Shown here in pieces: positions 29,610 to 39,317 of a stretch of DNA of 64,000 nt (within the stretch, counting starts at the first letter, position 1; every line of letters begins with the position of its first letter). The DNA lies in the NCBI GenBank assembly GCA_963691875.1, contig OY829846.1:960001-1024000 (forward strand). The letters are read 5' to 3'. The translations under genes were made by a program, and so were the position numbers. This DNA comes from Aureliella sp. (GTDB lineage: Bacteria > Planctomycetota > Planctomycetia > Pirellulales > Pirellulaceae). The notes under the pieces were generated by a model. The model worked only from the letters and a program-made list of their open reading frames with translations. It made no database searches and was not told where the DNA came from.

Positions 29610-31175
29610 CTAGCGGCGCCCGTCTCTCGTTGCTGTCACACGAAACATTCCGCCTCCGAACGAGCCTCCCATACCGCCCATACCACCTGCACCTTTTAAT
29701 GTGCCCTCACCGAATTGAATCTTGACGAGCAGTTCTGCAATCTGCCGATGGACCTTCTCACTCTGCCGAATCACGAGAACTGAGTAGGGCACCGTTATGG
29801 CTGCACCAGATTTAATATCTATATCCGCCGTTCCAACCCAAGATTTTAGGACTTGGATCTCGCCAACGCTTTCGGGATTCTGCTCAGATTTCCAAACTAA
29901 CGGGTCGGTTAGCTTGGGCAACTCGGTTTGCAACTCCTCAGCGACATCAGTTGGTACACGATAGAAACGTCTCGAGACGATGTCTTCTTTCTTCTCCTGC
30001 TGACGTGGCACTGAGTTCTTGAGAGCAACTCGATAGTTTTCGAGCAGGGTCAGCGTCTTATCTTGCATTTGCTGAGTGTGGTAAACGACCATCACACCTG
30101 GCTTTACGAATTCGATCACGCCCAACCCTCCGTTTTCCATCCAATCTTGCGGCACAGTTTGCTGAACAATAGCCTGTGCCAGAGCAAGATTTTCCCTATC
30201 ATCGCGACACAGGTCTCGGACATCGTAAACCGCAGTGTGATACTCGAGCAGATCCTCCGTAGTCATCTCGAGCAAACCGTTGCGTAGCTGCCATGTGAGA
30301 TCCAGGTCACGACCAATCAAATCGAGCGCGAGACGCAGGGGCTGAGCCTCCAGCTTCAGGCTCATTGGCTGCCGCGCCCGCACTCCTACTTGACGAAGAG
30401 CGCGAGAACTAAGAACGATTGACGCACCGGACTCCTCACCAAGTTGGGCTACAACATCGGAAAGCGGCACGTTGGTAAAAGAGGCGTCCACTTTTGACTC
30501 GGTGAGCTTTCGCAAGTCCTCGTGGACTGGCGTTTCAAGGATAAACGTCCTTCGTCCAAACCCTGCGAAAGCAGCGAGCGTACCTTTGATTTTGCGATGA
30601 TTCAGAGGTGTTTGTCGGACGAACATGACATCCCCCAGCAGGATGATATTGCCTTCGCCGCCGACTTGATCCCAGCTGTCAGGTTCGATAGTCTGCTGAA
30701 GTGTGTTGATGACACGATCAGCCGAGAAGCCCTGATCAATCAACTTGCCGATATTGAGTTGTTTGGTCTCCAAATACCCGCTATCCACCGACTCCAGCTG
30801 GATAATGCCATCACCGAATCGCCAGCTCACGTTGATGCCAATCAATCGATCCAATAGAAGATGAAGCGGCTCCTCTCTCAGTGAAACGGTGACTAGTTCG
30901 CTCGGAAGAATCCCTTGTTCATCCAACGAGACTTGGTTCAGGATGACAGGTATGGCGACTTGAGTTTGCAGCCACTGGGCTACTTCCGAAAGTGACGCCT
31001 CCTCGAAGGCGACCGTCGCCGTTCTATCCAAGCCTGAGCCAATGACGACCGCTGGGTCTATTGAAGTCGGGCCATCCACAATCTCGACCAACTTGACAGC
31101 AGGCTGATCTTGCCCAATCGTGGTCGAGCAAAAGAGGCAAAGGGCAATAGCGATGGACCGGGTTGTTACGTACAT
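29610..31175 (-). CDS. Exported STN/secretin-N-like repeat protein (no secretin core)
   Basis: Duplicated units F.EASLSEV..WL / F.NVPLSDV..QL and IEPDSWDQVGGEG / VPQDWMENGGLG. Also YDVRDL, LVIRQSEKVH.QI.ELL and a GGMGGMGG tail. ATG 31175 preferred. Confidence 0.7.
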   Translation of the reverse strand: MYVTTRSIAIALCLFCSTTIGQDQPAVKLVEIVDGPTSIDPAVVIGSGLDRTATVAFEEASLSEVAQWLQTQVAIPVILNQVSLDEQGILPSELVTVSLREEPLHLLLDRLIGINVSWRFGDGIIQLESVDSGYLETKQLNIGKLIDQGFSADRVINTLQQTIEPDSWDQVGGEGNIILLGDVMFVRQTPLNHRKIKGTLAAFAGFGRRTFILETPVHEDLRKLTESKVDASFTNVPLSDVVAQLGEESGASIVLSSRALRQVGVRARQPMSLKLEAQPLRLALDLIGRDLDLTWQLRNGLLEMTTEDLLEYHTAVYDVRDLCRDDRENLALAQAIVQQTVPQDWMENGGLGVIEFVKPGVMVVYHTQQMQDKTLTLLENYRVALKNSVPRQQEKKEDIVSRRFYRVPTDVAEELQTELPKLTDPLVWKSEQNPESVGEIQVLKSWVGTADIDIKSGAAITVPYSVLVIRQSEKVHRQIAELLVKIQFGEGTLKGAGGMGGMGGSFGGGMFRVTATRDGRR

Positions 31176-31889
31176 TCTGTTCCGTCCTACCGAAAAGCTA
31201 AGGCTGTTGAAAGAATTTCGCTTAATTGAATTTGGATCGCTCACCTGCGCAAACGAAGAAAGAGACCGAAGGCCAGCATGACAAGAGAATCAGGCTCCAG
31301 ATCAATTCCGTCTGCAAGTGACCTGCCAGAAGCAGCTTAAGCTATTTTACCAACAGCAAATTGGATGCCAATTTTTGAGACCAGATATTCATAGACTGGA
31401 ATCCCACCTCATAGTAGCGTGTGGTGCAGATTGCTACGGGTGGAAGTGAGATTGGTCACCGATGTAGCAAAACACTACGTGCTGAAAAGTAGGCTCTCCC
31501 AAAACTGCGGTGACCTCACCAAACTGACGCTTATACTCCATGTAATCTTACAGTTGGAACCTCGACCAACGAGACGCAGACACTCCCAAGCAACATGCTG
31601 AGGACGCTGTCACGAAGTTAGTAGCCGACTGGGCTCCCGCAATTCATGGTATGTGCCATGACACAGCGTACGAGCGATGACATTAAGGACGGGCGAAACG
31701 CACGCAGCGTCAGCAGTACTGCAATGTTGACGTGCATCGGGTTAGAACTATTCACAACGACAAACATTTGCATGGTTTGTAAAAGACGCCAACTTTAATG
31801 CCCCGAATTGAAGCTCCGGTAAGCATTACTTGGAGCCCCCTAATAGACTAACAATCGCCCGAAACACCGATCTACAACTGGCTTTCGCG

Positions 31890-32153
31890 ATGACATTCGC
31901 CCAACTGTCAAAATCAGCAAAACGCAAGCTATCGTATGCCAACTCCTTTTACTGGATAGCAGCGATCGTCGTTCCAACGCTGCTGAATCTTATCCCCAGT
32001 TCGCATCCGCCACGGATCCTGCCTTTCTTCATCTTCCTGTATCTCATTACCTTGGCTGTCCTTTCCACATTGATGTGGTCACGCGCCCTCGAGATTGCAG
32101 CCGAGGACACGAATTCGCTGCCAAAGACGGATGACAATCAGCGGGAACTGTAG
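31890..32153 (+). CDS. Small two-TM hypothetical protein
   Basis: ATG 31890. Two hydrophobic helices. Confidence 0.5.
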   Translation: MTFAQLSKSAKRKLSYANSFYWIAAIVVPTLLNLIPSSHPPRILPFFIFLYLITLAVLSTLMWSRALEIAAEDTNSLPKTDDNQREL

Positions 32154-32163
32154 CACCTTGGTG

Positions 32164-32833
32164 CTACTTTTCGACATATTTATTCGGATTCGTATTGAAC
32201 ATCTTCATCTGATCTGAGCCTGGGAAATGGTATCTCTGGCCCATGAAGAAAGTTCCAAACTCTGTTTTGCCAGGCACCCGTTTTTGCATTTTCACTCTAC
32301 ATTCAGTGCACGTGCGGCCACAGGCCAGATCGGGCTTCTCATAAACTTCGCTTTCCATCCGAACTTGGAAACAGAAATAACCTTCCGTCGCGAAACGAAG
32401 TGAAGTGCGCAGTTCCTGGTGCACGCGTTTTCCGATCGACGTAGCAGACCACAAGGTCGCCATTGAGTGCAGAAGTATAGTGAGCCGAATTCTTCACAAA
32501 CATGGCCGGCGCCTTTTCGTCGGCAAACAGATAGCGTTTGTTGTCCACATCTACGAAAAGCTGACTCTTGCCTTTTACCGACTTTTTGATTTCTAGAATG
32601 CACACCGGGCAGTAGCCATCCAGTGCGATAGATACGCTCGTACTTCTCGAACCTGTCATTGGCTTGCCCATCATAGGCTTGGACGAGGAACTAGGCGTGG
32701 TGGTTCAGCTCTGTGTTGAACTTGTACAACGCTCCAAGCCGAATTGTGAATTGACGTCTCCATCAAACAAAGAGCAAGCTGCAATAGCTACCAGGTGCAT
32801 GGTAGTTGGAGATCTTAGGGCTTTAGAATTCAT
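32164..32833 (-). pseudogene. Degraded triple-YHS-repeat protein
   Basis: ATG 32833, in-frame TGA at 32705-32707. Then ALDGYCPVC..VKGK..KRYLF and ALNGD.VVC..PG..F..DGRLFLFP. Frameshift near 32350, then DLA..C..C.V..VPGK..F..QRYHFP..KMF..NP.KY. Confidence 0.8.
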
Positions 32834-33163
32834 GTTCGTTTCTTATCCTGTTTCTTAGAAAGGGCTATCGATCTGGCTATTGCCCTGTCCTCCCCAAGCG
32901 TTTGAAAATAGAAGCGCAAATACAGAAGTGGCCACGGCAGCAGCATCTGACATGAAGTTAGACGGACAGAAAGACGGGGCCTTAAAAGCTCGTTGCAAGA
33001 AAACAGGTGAAGCAGATGCATGGGACCCATAGCTGTGGCAATTCACAAAAGGAACCAAAGTTGCTTTCCATGCTGCCGTGGACTCGAGGTGCTTTCAGGC
33101 TTGTCAATTCCCTGCATTCGCAATCAAATACTCCTACCGACAATCATTTACATGAGAAGAACC

Positions 33164-33547
33164 ATGAGCATCAAAGTAGTTAGTACAACGAAAGCCCCTG
33201 CAGCCATTGGACCCTATAGCCAAGCCGTAATCGCGAATGGAATGCTGTACGCCTCCGGACAGATTCCATTGGTCCCAGAGACCGGCGAGATCATAGAAGG
33301 CGGTTTCGGTGAACAAACGAAACAAGTGCTTGACAACCTGCGAGAAGTAGTCATTGCTGCGGGTAGCAGCCTCGCCAGTGTGGTCAAAGTAACGATTTAT
33401 ATCACCGACATGCAACAGTTTGCTACAGTTAATCAGATATACGACACATACTTCGCTGAACCCTATCCGGCACGGGCCTGCGTTCAAGTATCTGCGCTTC
33501 CCAAAGGCGTTGAAGTGGAAATGGATGCAATCGTGCAGTTAGATTAG
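33164..33547 (+). CDS. ridA: RidA/YjgF family enamine-imine deaminase
   Basis: APAAIGPYSQA, YASGQIP, VVKVTIY, PARACVQVSALPKG..VEMDAI. Confidence 0.95.
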   Translation: MSIKVVSTTKAPAAIGPYSQAVIANGMLYASGQIPLVPETGEIIEGGFGEQTKQVLDNLREVVIAAGSSLASVVKVTIYITDMQQFATVNQIYDTYFAEPYPARACVQVSALPKGVEVEMDAIVQLD

Positions 33548-33856
33548 CGTCTTAGTGATTTGCGCAACGACTCAAGCTCGATGCCAGCAGGCTGCTTGGA
33601 CAGGAACATTCTTGAGAGCTCAACTCTAAGCCAATTTTATCCAGTCCTGACTGTCTTATGCGGAGCCGCGATTCCCTAAGCTAAAAGTTCCACGGAACTC
33701 ACTGCCGGATTCACAGGGAAACAAATCGCTATTGACGATTTTCGCAAGATCGAGAATGTACTGTAGGTCAATAGAGCGGTATTCCCTGTCCCACCTTCCC
33801 GCTCCTTTCACACCACTCTGTCAGTTCGCTGATTCCGAACTGCCGGTGAGAATCGA

Positions 33857-34341
33857 TCAAACTGTGGCTGCGTTTTCTTCAGTTCTCAAAACAAGTCTCA
33901 CTCTTGAGATCGAGAAATTCCCCAAGAGGGAGTTTTCGAAGACCACAGCAAAATCCTTGATCGTCATTAGACCGCATTCGGGTGCTAGTGTCGGTAGCGA
34001 AACATTGCTCGCGTTATGCAGCTCTACAAGTTCGAATGCGGCACACAACGTGTCAGTGTGAATTTGTTTCGACTAATCATAAAAAAGGGAGCAATCGACA
34101 TAGCGTGAATGATGTGATCAAAAGGCAAGCTGCTGCCTGAACCAATCGTCACTGGGTTCGCTGCTAAACCCTTGGCTCAGAGCCATCGTAGATGAGACTG
34201 CAATTCCTCTTGGGTTTTCGGTCAACGCTGAAGAATCGCTCCGTCTACTCCACGAGACATGTTAAGCCAAGGATTTGCACGCGAAACAAGTATCTCTGCA
34301 GCTGCCTACAGCAAATCGCCCTGTTCGACTGATACTTGCAT
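33857..34341 (-). pseudogene. Macro-domain (ADP-ribose binding/hydrolase) pseudogene
   Basis: Manual translation: MQVSVEQGDLL*AAAEILVSRANPWLNMSRGVDGAILQR*..L*..GSSLPFDHIIHAMSIAPF, frameshift in the A6 run at 34081-34086, then YD*..LCAAFELVELHNASNVSLPTL. Matches the Macro GD-I / ANxxLxxxGGVxGAI / LP.xxIIHA pattern. Confidence 0.8.
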
Positions 34342-34432
34342 CACCTAACTCCCCAATTAGTGCGCTCTGCCTCCTTTAGTTCTGCAAATTGCAAAGCTCA
34401 ACTGGAACATAACGCAACGCCAGACTTCTGCT

Positions 34433-35773
34433 CTATTCAAAACGATCAACTGGTACATCTGAAATCGTGAACTCAATACCCCACATCTCCTTTGCCTCTG
34501 GCACACTGTCCAGGCCTCGAGGATATGGCTTGAAGAGCAGGTCGACAGTTGTGATCTCCGGCGGAAGCTTTTTCCGAAGCGTCGTTTGGAATCCACCGGA
34601 ACCGATCGAGCTATTGGCGGTGGTATACCTGATCATGCTACCGAGCCGTTTCTCGAAGCCTTCAGCCTTTGCGAACACCTCATAGCTAAACGGTATGGAC
34701 GCGTTGAAGTCTTCCAGCACTAGCTTCATCTTCTGACGACCATTTTCCTGTTGTGCAACCAAGCGTTTCACCAAAATGACGGGCATTGTGCCAGTTGTTC
34801 GCAGTTTGACCACTGGGTCGTCATCGGCATAGATTTGAAATTCCTTCTTTAAGACTTCCGTCCACGTCCGTATGGGCTTGGGCCAGTTCCCCCTTGACAG
34901 TGACCGAGCCGAGATCCCGACAAGTTCATCACTATCAACCAAGGCGTAATCGATCTTCACTTCGAGTAGATGTTTTCCGACCGAGAATGGGCCTCCAATA
35001 TTGTCACTGCGACTATCGTCGAAGCGGTAATTGTTGTGCGTCAGCCTGACCTCACCATCCATGCGAACTTCCTTCAAGTCGCAGATTAGCTCAAAAGGAA
35101 AATCCTGGTTGTCCGCCCAGGTACTACCGAATCGGATATTCAATTGCAAATTCGAAGCTGACTCTCGTTGCCGATCCAGACTGAAATCTGGTTTTGGAAA
35201 AAACGCCAGATAAATATCCTCGAGCTCTTTGAGCGCTGATAACTCGCTATTGCTAACTGCGGAAACAAACTGGCCCGACCAGTGCAGAGGACTGTCATAC
35301 CCGTCAGGCTTCGTGGTGACCATGTGGTCGTGTAGCATACCTAATGCGGTCGTCACTTCTTCCTCAGAGAGCTCTTAATTAGCCAATCGCTTTTCAAGTT
35401 CCTGCCACACCCATGGCTCATCTATTTGGTTTTTTAGACTGCCATCGATCAGTTGCTTGTCCGTCTGAGCAGCGAGTCCCATTGGTCCAGTACGTTGCAC
35501 TTGGGTGTAGCCCAGTAGGGCAGTGGACACCAGACCGACAACTGGGCAAAAGGCAAGCAAGACCGCGAACACACGGATGCGCGATGGCGAATCAGAACGG
35601 CCCGCAAGAGCAACAATTAAAAAGATGGCTACCAAGTACGGGACAGCAATCGAGCCAATGCCAAGGATATCAATGGCAATTTCTGGATAGCTCAAGAATA
35701 GCTTTCCATACAGACCGCCACCGCAGCCGAGGACTAGAACTAGTAATAGCAAGCCGCGCATGCCAATCTGCAC
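34433..35773 (-). pseudogene. Membrane-anchored hypothetical gene interrupted by one in-frame TAA
   Basis: ORFs 35375..35773 and 34433..35356 are in the same frame: ..ELEKRLAN*ELSEEEVTTALG.. with TAA at 35375-35377. Confidence 0.7.
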
Positions 35774-36409
35774 GGGCTTTCCTCGCAGTGGCTGCTTGGA
35801 TGCAGATGCACTATCATGCTCTTCATCCGATTTATCAGCGGGGATTGACCGGCGTATCTTTGGACACAGAACAAAACTCGAGTGGATGCAAGCTGTCGAA
35901 GGGACCTAATATATTATGGCCGATTCTTCACCGATTGTTGTCACCAGACCCTAAACGCCTACGCCTTTCGCTGATTGAATAAGCACAAGCAAAGTATCCT
36001 CCGCGTGAGCAAGGGAACCATTTTATCCCTCTCTGACGTGCGTCTGCTCGTTCTAACCTTGAAAGAATCGGCTTGAAGCTCGAGAAACGGCGTGTTCAAA
36101 TAGGTGAATCGTAGGGATGCATGATAGCTGTTGAAAGCCCGACTTTATACCCACAATCCGATTGAGAAGGGACAAAGCAAGACATAGGCATTCATGCCCG
36201 CGAATACATACAAAACAAACCGAATGCATGCCGCTTTGATCCAACGAGCAGGATGCTGGGTATGGTATTGTCGGAAGTCTTGCTCATTCTAGCTGTCCGC
36301 TTTCCGCTGCCGATCTACGTGAAGCCGCCGGTATTGATCGTCCTTGCTTAACTGCCGTATCTCTTTTTAAACTCATAGACAAGCTTGTTTTCAAGACGGA
36401 GTCAAAATC

Positions 36410-36694
36410 ATGACAGCGCAACAAGTGACAGGCGTTTTACTTCTGTTCCTGGGTGTCGCTTGCGTCTACGTAGCGATCGAACGCTACCAGTCAAATGCGG
36501 ATGCTGTGAAGGCGATGAATCAACGCGGTGGCAGGCTGTTTGAGGCGATGACCGGTGGAGAAGGCCTTGTGCCGAAAATTCCTCTGGCAACAAAACAGGC
36601 TTTGGTCGGCGCACTATTGTTCGGAGCTGGCGGTACTGCTTGCCTGCTTACCGCAAGAGCGAATAAACGTAAACGCTCGGATGCTCAAGCGTAA
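36410..36694 (+). CDS. Small two-TM hypothetical protein
   Basis: GGAG RBS then ATG. Two hydrophobic helices and a basic tail. Confidence 0.7.
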   Translation: MTAQQVTGVLLLFLGVACVYVAIERYQSNADAVKAMNQRGGRLFEAMTGGEGLVPKIPLATKQALVGALLFGAGGTACLLTARANKRKRSDAQA

Positions 36695-36725
36695 TTTTCA
36701 TTCTGCTAGAAGGTCTGCTCGGCGA

Positions 36726-37472
36726 TCACTCGTCCTCCCCTTGCTCTTCCGTGGGCTGAGTATGTTGTGCAGATTCGGCCTCAGACCCCTCTTCGACATC
36801 AGCGCCACCAGTTTCAGTTACGCCTTCCTCTGCCTCCTCCACTTTTTGCTTTGCAAGCGGCAAATAAACTTCCTGTCCAATTGCACGTATCTTCTCACGC
36901 AGGACTTTGTATCCCACGTCTGCGGGGAAAGCGCCGAATTCAACTTGCGAATCGTCCTCGGCCGAAACCAATTTGCCAGATACCGATTCATTTTCTAAAC
37001 GCTGAATCTCAAATTCGACCGTACCGACTTTTTCTTGAGCATTCGTCACGAACCGAAATGAGATAATTTTCAAAGCTCCCTCACTCGGATAAAAACGCTC
37101 ATCTGAACCGGCAGTCAATATCGCATGAATCATGTAATCATCGAACTGCATCGTTTCCAAAGTGAAATTATTCCGAATCGCTCCTTCGTTTCGCATCGCG
37201 TCAATGGCTTGCTTGCCATTTGAATAGGCGGTTTCATAATCTTCCCTACTAATCGCCTGAGCAGTTTCGCGGAACAGCGAAAAGGAAATGTAGGGTCCGC
37301 CCGCACTGACTTCCCCAAGATCGACGTCCCCGGGCAGCAGAGCAGATTCATCTGGATCATCGGTGAATTCTTCAACAGAGTTACTCGCTTGAAACGATGA
37401 GTAATCGCAGCCCAACTGAAGGACGAGCGGGGCAACTATCAAGCACCCTATCAAAGAAAGAGGTTTAGTCAT
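36726..37472 (-). CDS. Putative lipoprotein
   Basis: Lipobox-like LQLG-C after a hydrophobic stretch. Acidic C-tail. Confidence 0.6.
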   Translation of the reverse strand: MTKPLSLIGCLIVAPLVLQLGCDYSSFQASNSVEEFTDDPDESALLPGDVDLGEVSAGGPYISFSLFRETAQAISREDYETAYSNGKQAIDAMRNEGAIRNNFTLETMQFDDYMIHAILTAGSDERFYPSEGALKIISFRFVTNAQEKVGTVEFEIQRLENESVSGKLVSAEDDSQVEFGAFPADVGYKVLREKIRAIGQEVYLPLAKQKVEEAEEGVTETGGADVEEGSEAESAQHTQPTEEQGEDE

Positions 37473-37733
37473 CGGGCAGGTTTTCCTTCGAATAGAAAAA
37501 ACCGCAGTTTACCCCATGAAAGGACACACCTGCGATGTAAAGTTGATTTTTGGCACGTCCAATCAAAGTCCCTGTTTGCCTTGCATTCTTCTGGCCATCC
37601 GTGTGTTTCGGATAAGAATCTGGTATAGATGAAGAACGCCTGTTCATTGACAGCATCTTTCGCTACCCAACATGAACGGCCAGTTAGAATCCTTTTCAAA
37701 TCCAACGATCACTTACGAACGAGGAGACGCACA

Positions 37734-39005
37734 GTGCGTCAATTCTCTAGCCCATCCCTTCCGATCTTTACTTTAATCCTGTTCGCCGGTCCATGCAGCT
37801 GTCTGGCTGAGGACTGGGCACGTTTTCGTGGAGCCAACGGGCAAGGTATCTCGACTGAGTCGAACCTTCCATTGCTTTGGAACGCAGCAGAGGGCGAACC
37901 AGAAAAGAATATCGCGTGGAAGGTCAAGCTGACCACTACAGGTTGGTCCTCGCCGATTGTCGCGGGTGACTCGGTCTTTGTGACGGGAACCACCGGAGAA
38001 GGCAAGAAGTGCCACGTGATTCGAGTGCGTTGTTCTGATGGAAAAGTACTTTGGGACAAGGAAGTTCACACTCAAGAGACCTTCAAGATGCGTCGAGCAA
38101 ATAGTTACGCGACACCAACGCCAGTTAGCGATGGGAAACGCCTTTACGCAGTCCTCTTTGACGGGACTGCGGTTGCGATGGATTTCGAGGGCAAAGTCCT
38201 GTGGAAGAATGCAGACTTTGACTTCTATAGTCTCCACGGTCTTGGAGCTTCACCGGTCTTGGCAGGCGACCTATTGATCATGCCCTTTGATGGTAGCAGT
38301 CGTGAGGAAAACACACTCGGCTGGAAAGAACCTTGGGATCAAGCTGCTCTGGTTGCTTGGGATTGTTCCAGCGGCGAAGTGCGTTGGGTGGGACATCGGG
38401 AATCGTCACGCGTCGGGCACGTTACGCCGATCTTGATTGAGAATGGAAAGCGAGTCGTGTCAGCTGGCGGAGACCGCGTGCAAGCCTTTGATACCGCAAC
38501 CGGTGAGCGGATATGGTCGGTATACAGCCAAGGTGAGGGAGTGACGCCATCACCAGTGGTTGGCGGTGGTTTGATCTTCACGTCGTCTGGATTCGAAGAG
38601 CCAACCATTCGGGCAATTCGCCCTGGTGGGAAAGGTGACGTCACGACGTCTCATATTGCGTGGGAACAAAAACGTGGGGTCCCTGCCTTGCCCTCTTTTC
38701 TCTACGTTAAACCGCATTTGTATTCAATCACGCGAGACAATATTCTTCACTGTCTAGAAGCAGAGACAGGAGACGTTGTTTGGCAAAAGCGGCTAGTGGG
38801 AACATACTCCGCTTCCCCGCTGTTCGCCGAAGGGCGAATCTATATCACTTCCGAAGAAGGTCTCACCACGACCTTTGCCCCTGGAAAAGAGTACAAGGAA
38901 CTTGGGCAGAGCCGAGTCAGCGGAGTTTGTAAAGCTTCGATTGCCGTTTCTGGTGGCAAGTTCTTCATTCGCTCAAGTGAATATCTGTATTGCATTGGAA
39001 AGTAA
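37734..39005 (+). CDS. PQQ-binding-like beta-propeller protein (planctomycete BamB-like family)
   Basis: EDWARFRGANGQG, NIAWKV..GWSSPIV, NSYATPTP.SDG, G.GASPV, YSASP..EGRIY, FIRS..LYCIG. GTG 37734 follows GAGGAG. Confidence 0.9.
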   Translation: MRQFSSPSLPIFTLILFAGPCSCLAEDWARFRGANGQGISTESNLPLLWNAAEGEPEKNIAWKVKLTTTGWSSPIVAGDSVFVTGTTGEGKKCHVIRVRCSDGKVLWDKEVHTQETFKMRRANSYATPTPVSDGKRLYAVLFDGTAVAMDFEGKVLWKNADFDFYSLHGLGASPVLAGDLLIMPFDGSSREENTLGWKEPWDQAALVAWDCSSGEVRWVGHRESSRVGHVTPILIENGKRVVSAGGDRVQAFDTATGERIWSVYSQGEGVTPSPVVGGGLIFTSSGFEEPTIRAIRPGGKGDVTTSHIAWEQKRGVPALPSFLYVKPHLYSITRDNILHCLEAETGDVVWQKRLVGTYSASPLFAEGRIYITSEEGLTTTFAPGKEYKELGQSRVSGVCKASIAVSGGKFFIRSSEYLYCIGK

Positions 39006-39057
39006 CTGCGATATTCGAAACTGAAACAGCTACAAATCAGAACGCTTTGAGTCGGAG

Positions 39058-39282
39058 ATGAAACAACCGATCGTTGGATCCCCAGCGATGAGGACGACAA
39101 ATGGGTGGCGGAGTTAGCCTACGGGCACTGCCAGCATGTTCCACATCAACCGCAACTCGTATCTCGCGAGTGGGTAACCAAAAATGAAGGCTGAGAATCT
39201 AAATTCAGCCCAAAACTGGAATGAACCGGAATGCAAGAAGTGCGAAGACGGGGTTCCTGTTGACACTCCTTTTACTGCCTGA
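39058..39282 (+). pseudogene. DUF3565-like pseudogene
   Basis: GGAG then MKQPIVG, a frameshift, then DEDDKWVAELAYGHCQHVPHQPQLVSREWVTKNEG*ESK. A 10-nt imperfect duplication (AACTGGAATG/AACCGGAATG, 39214-39233) shifts frame again before ECKKCEDGVPVD. Confidence 0.75.
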
Positions 39283-39317
39283 GTATCGCCGCCAAATGCT
39301 GCCAGTACAGCTGGAAA

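Noticed and set aside
37734..39005. Calling this gene bamB or a PQQ enzyme
   Set aside because: It belongs to a highly expanded planctomycete propeller family, and nothing here supports a specific function.
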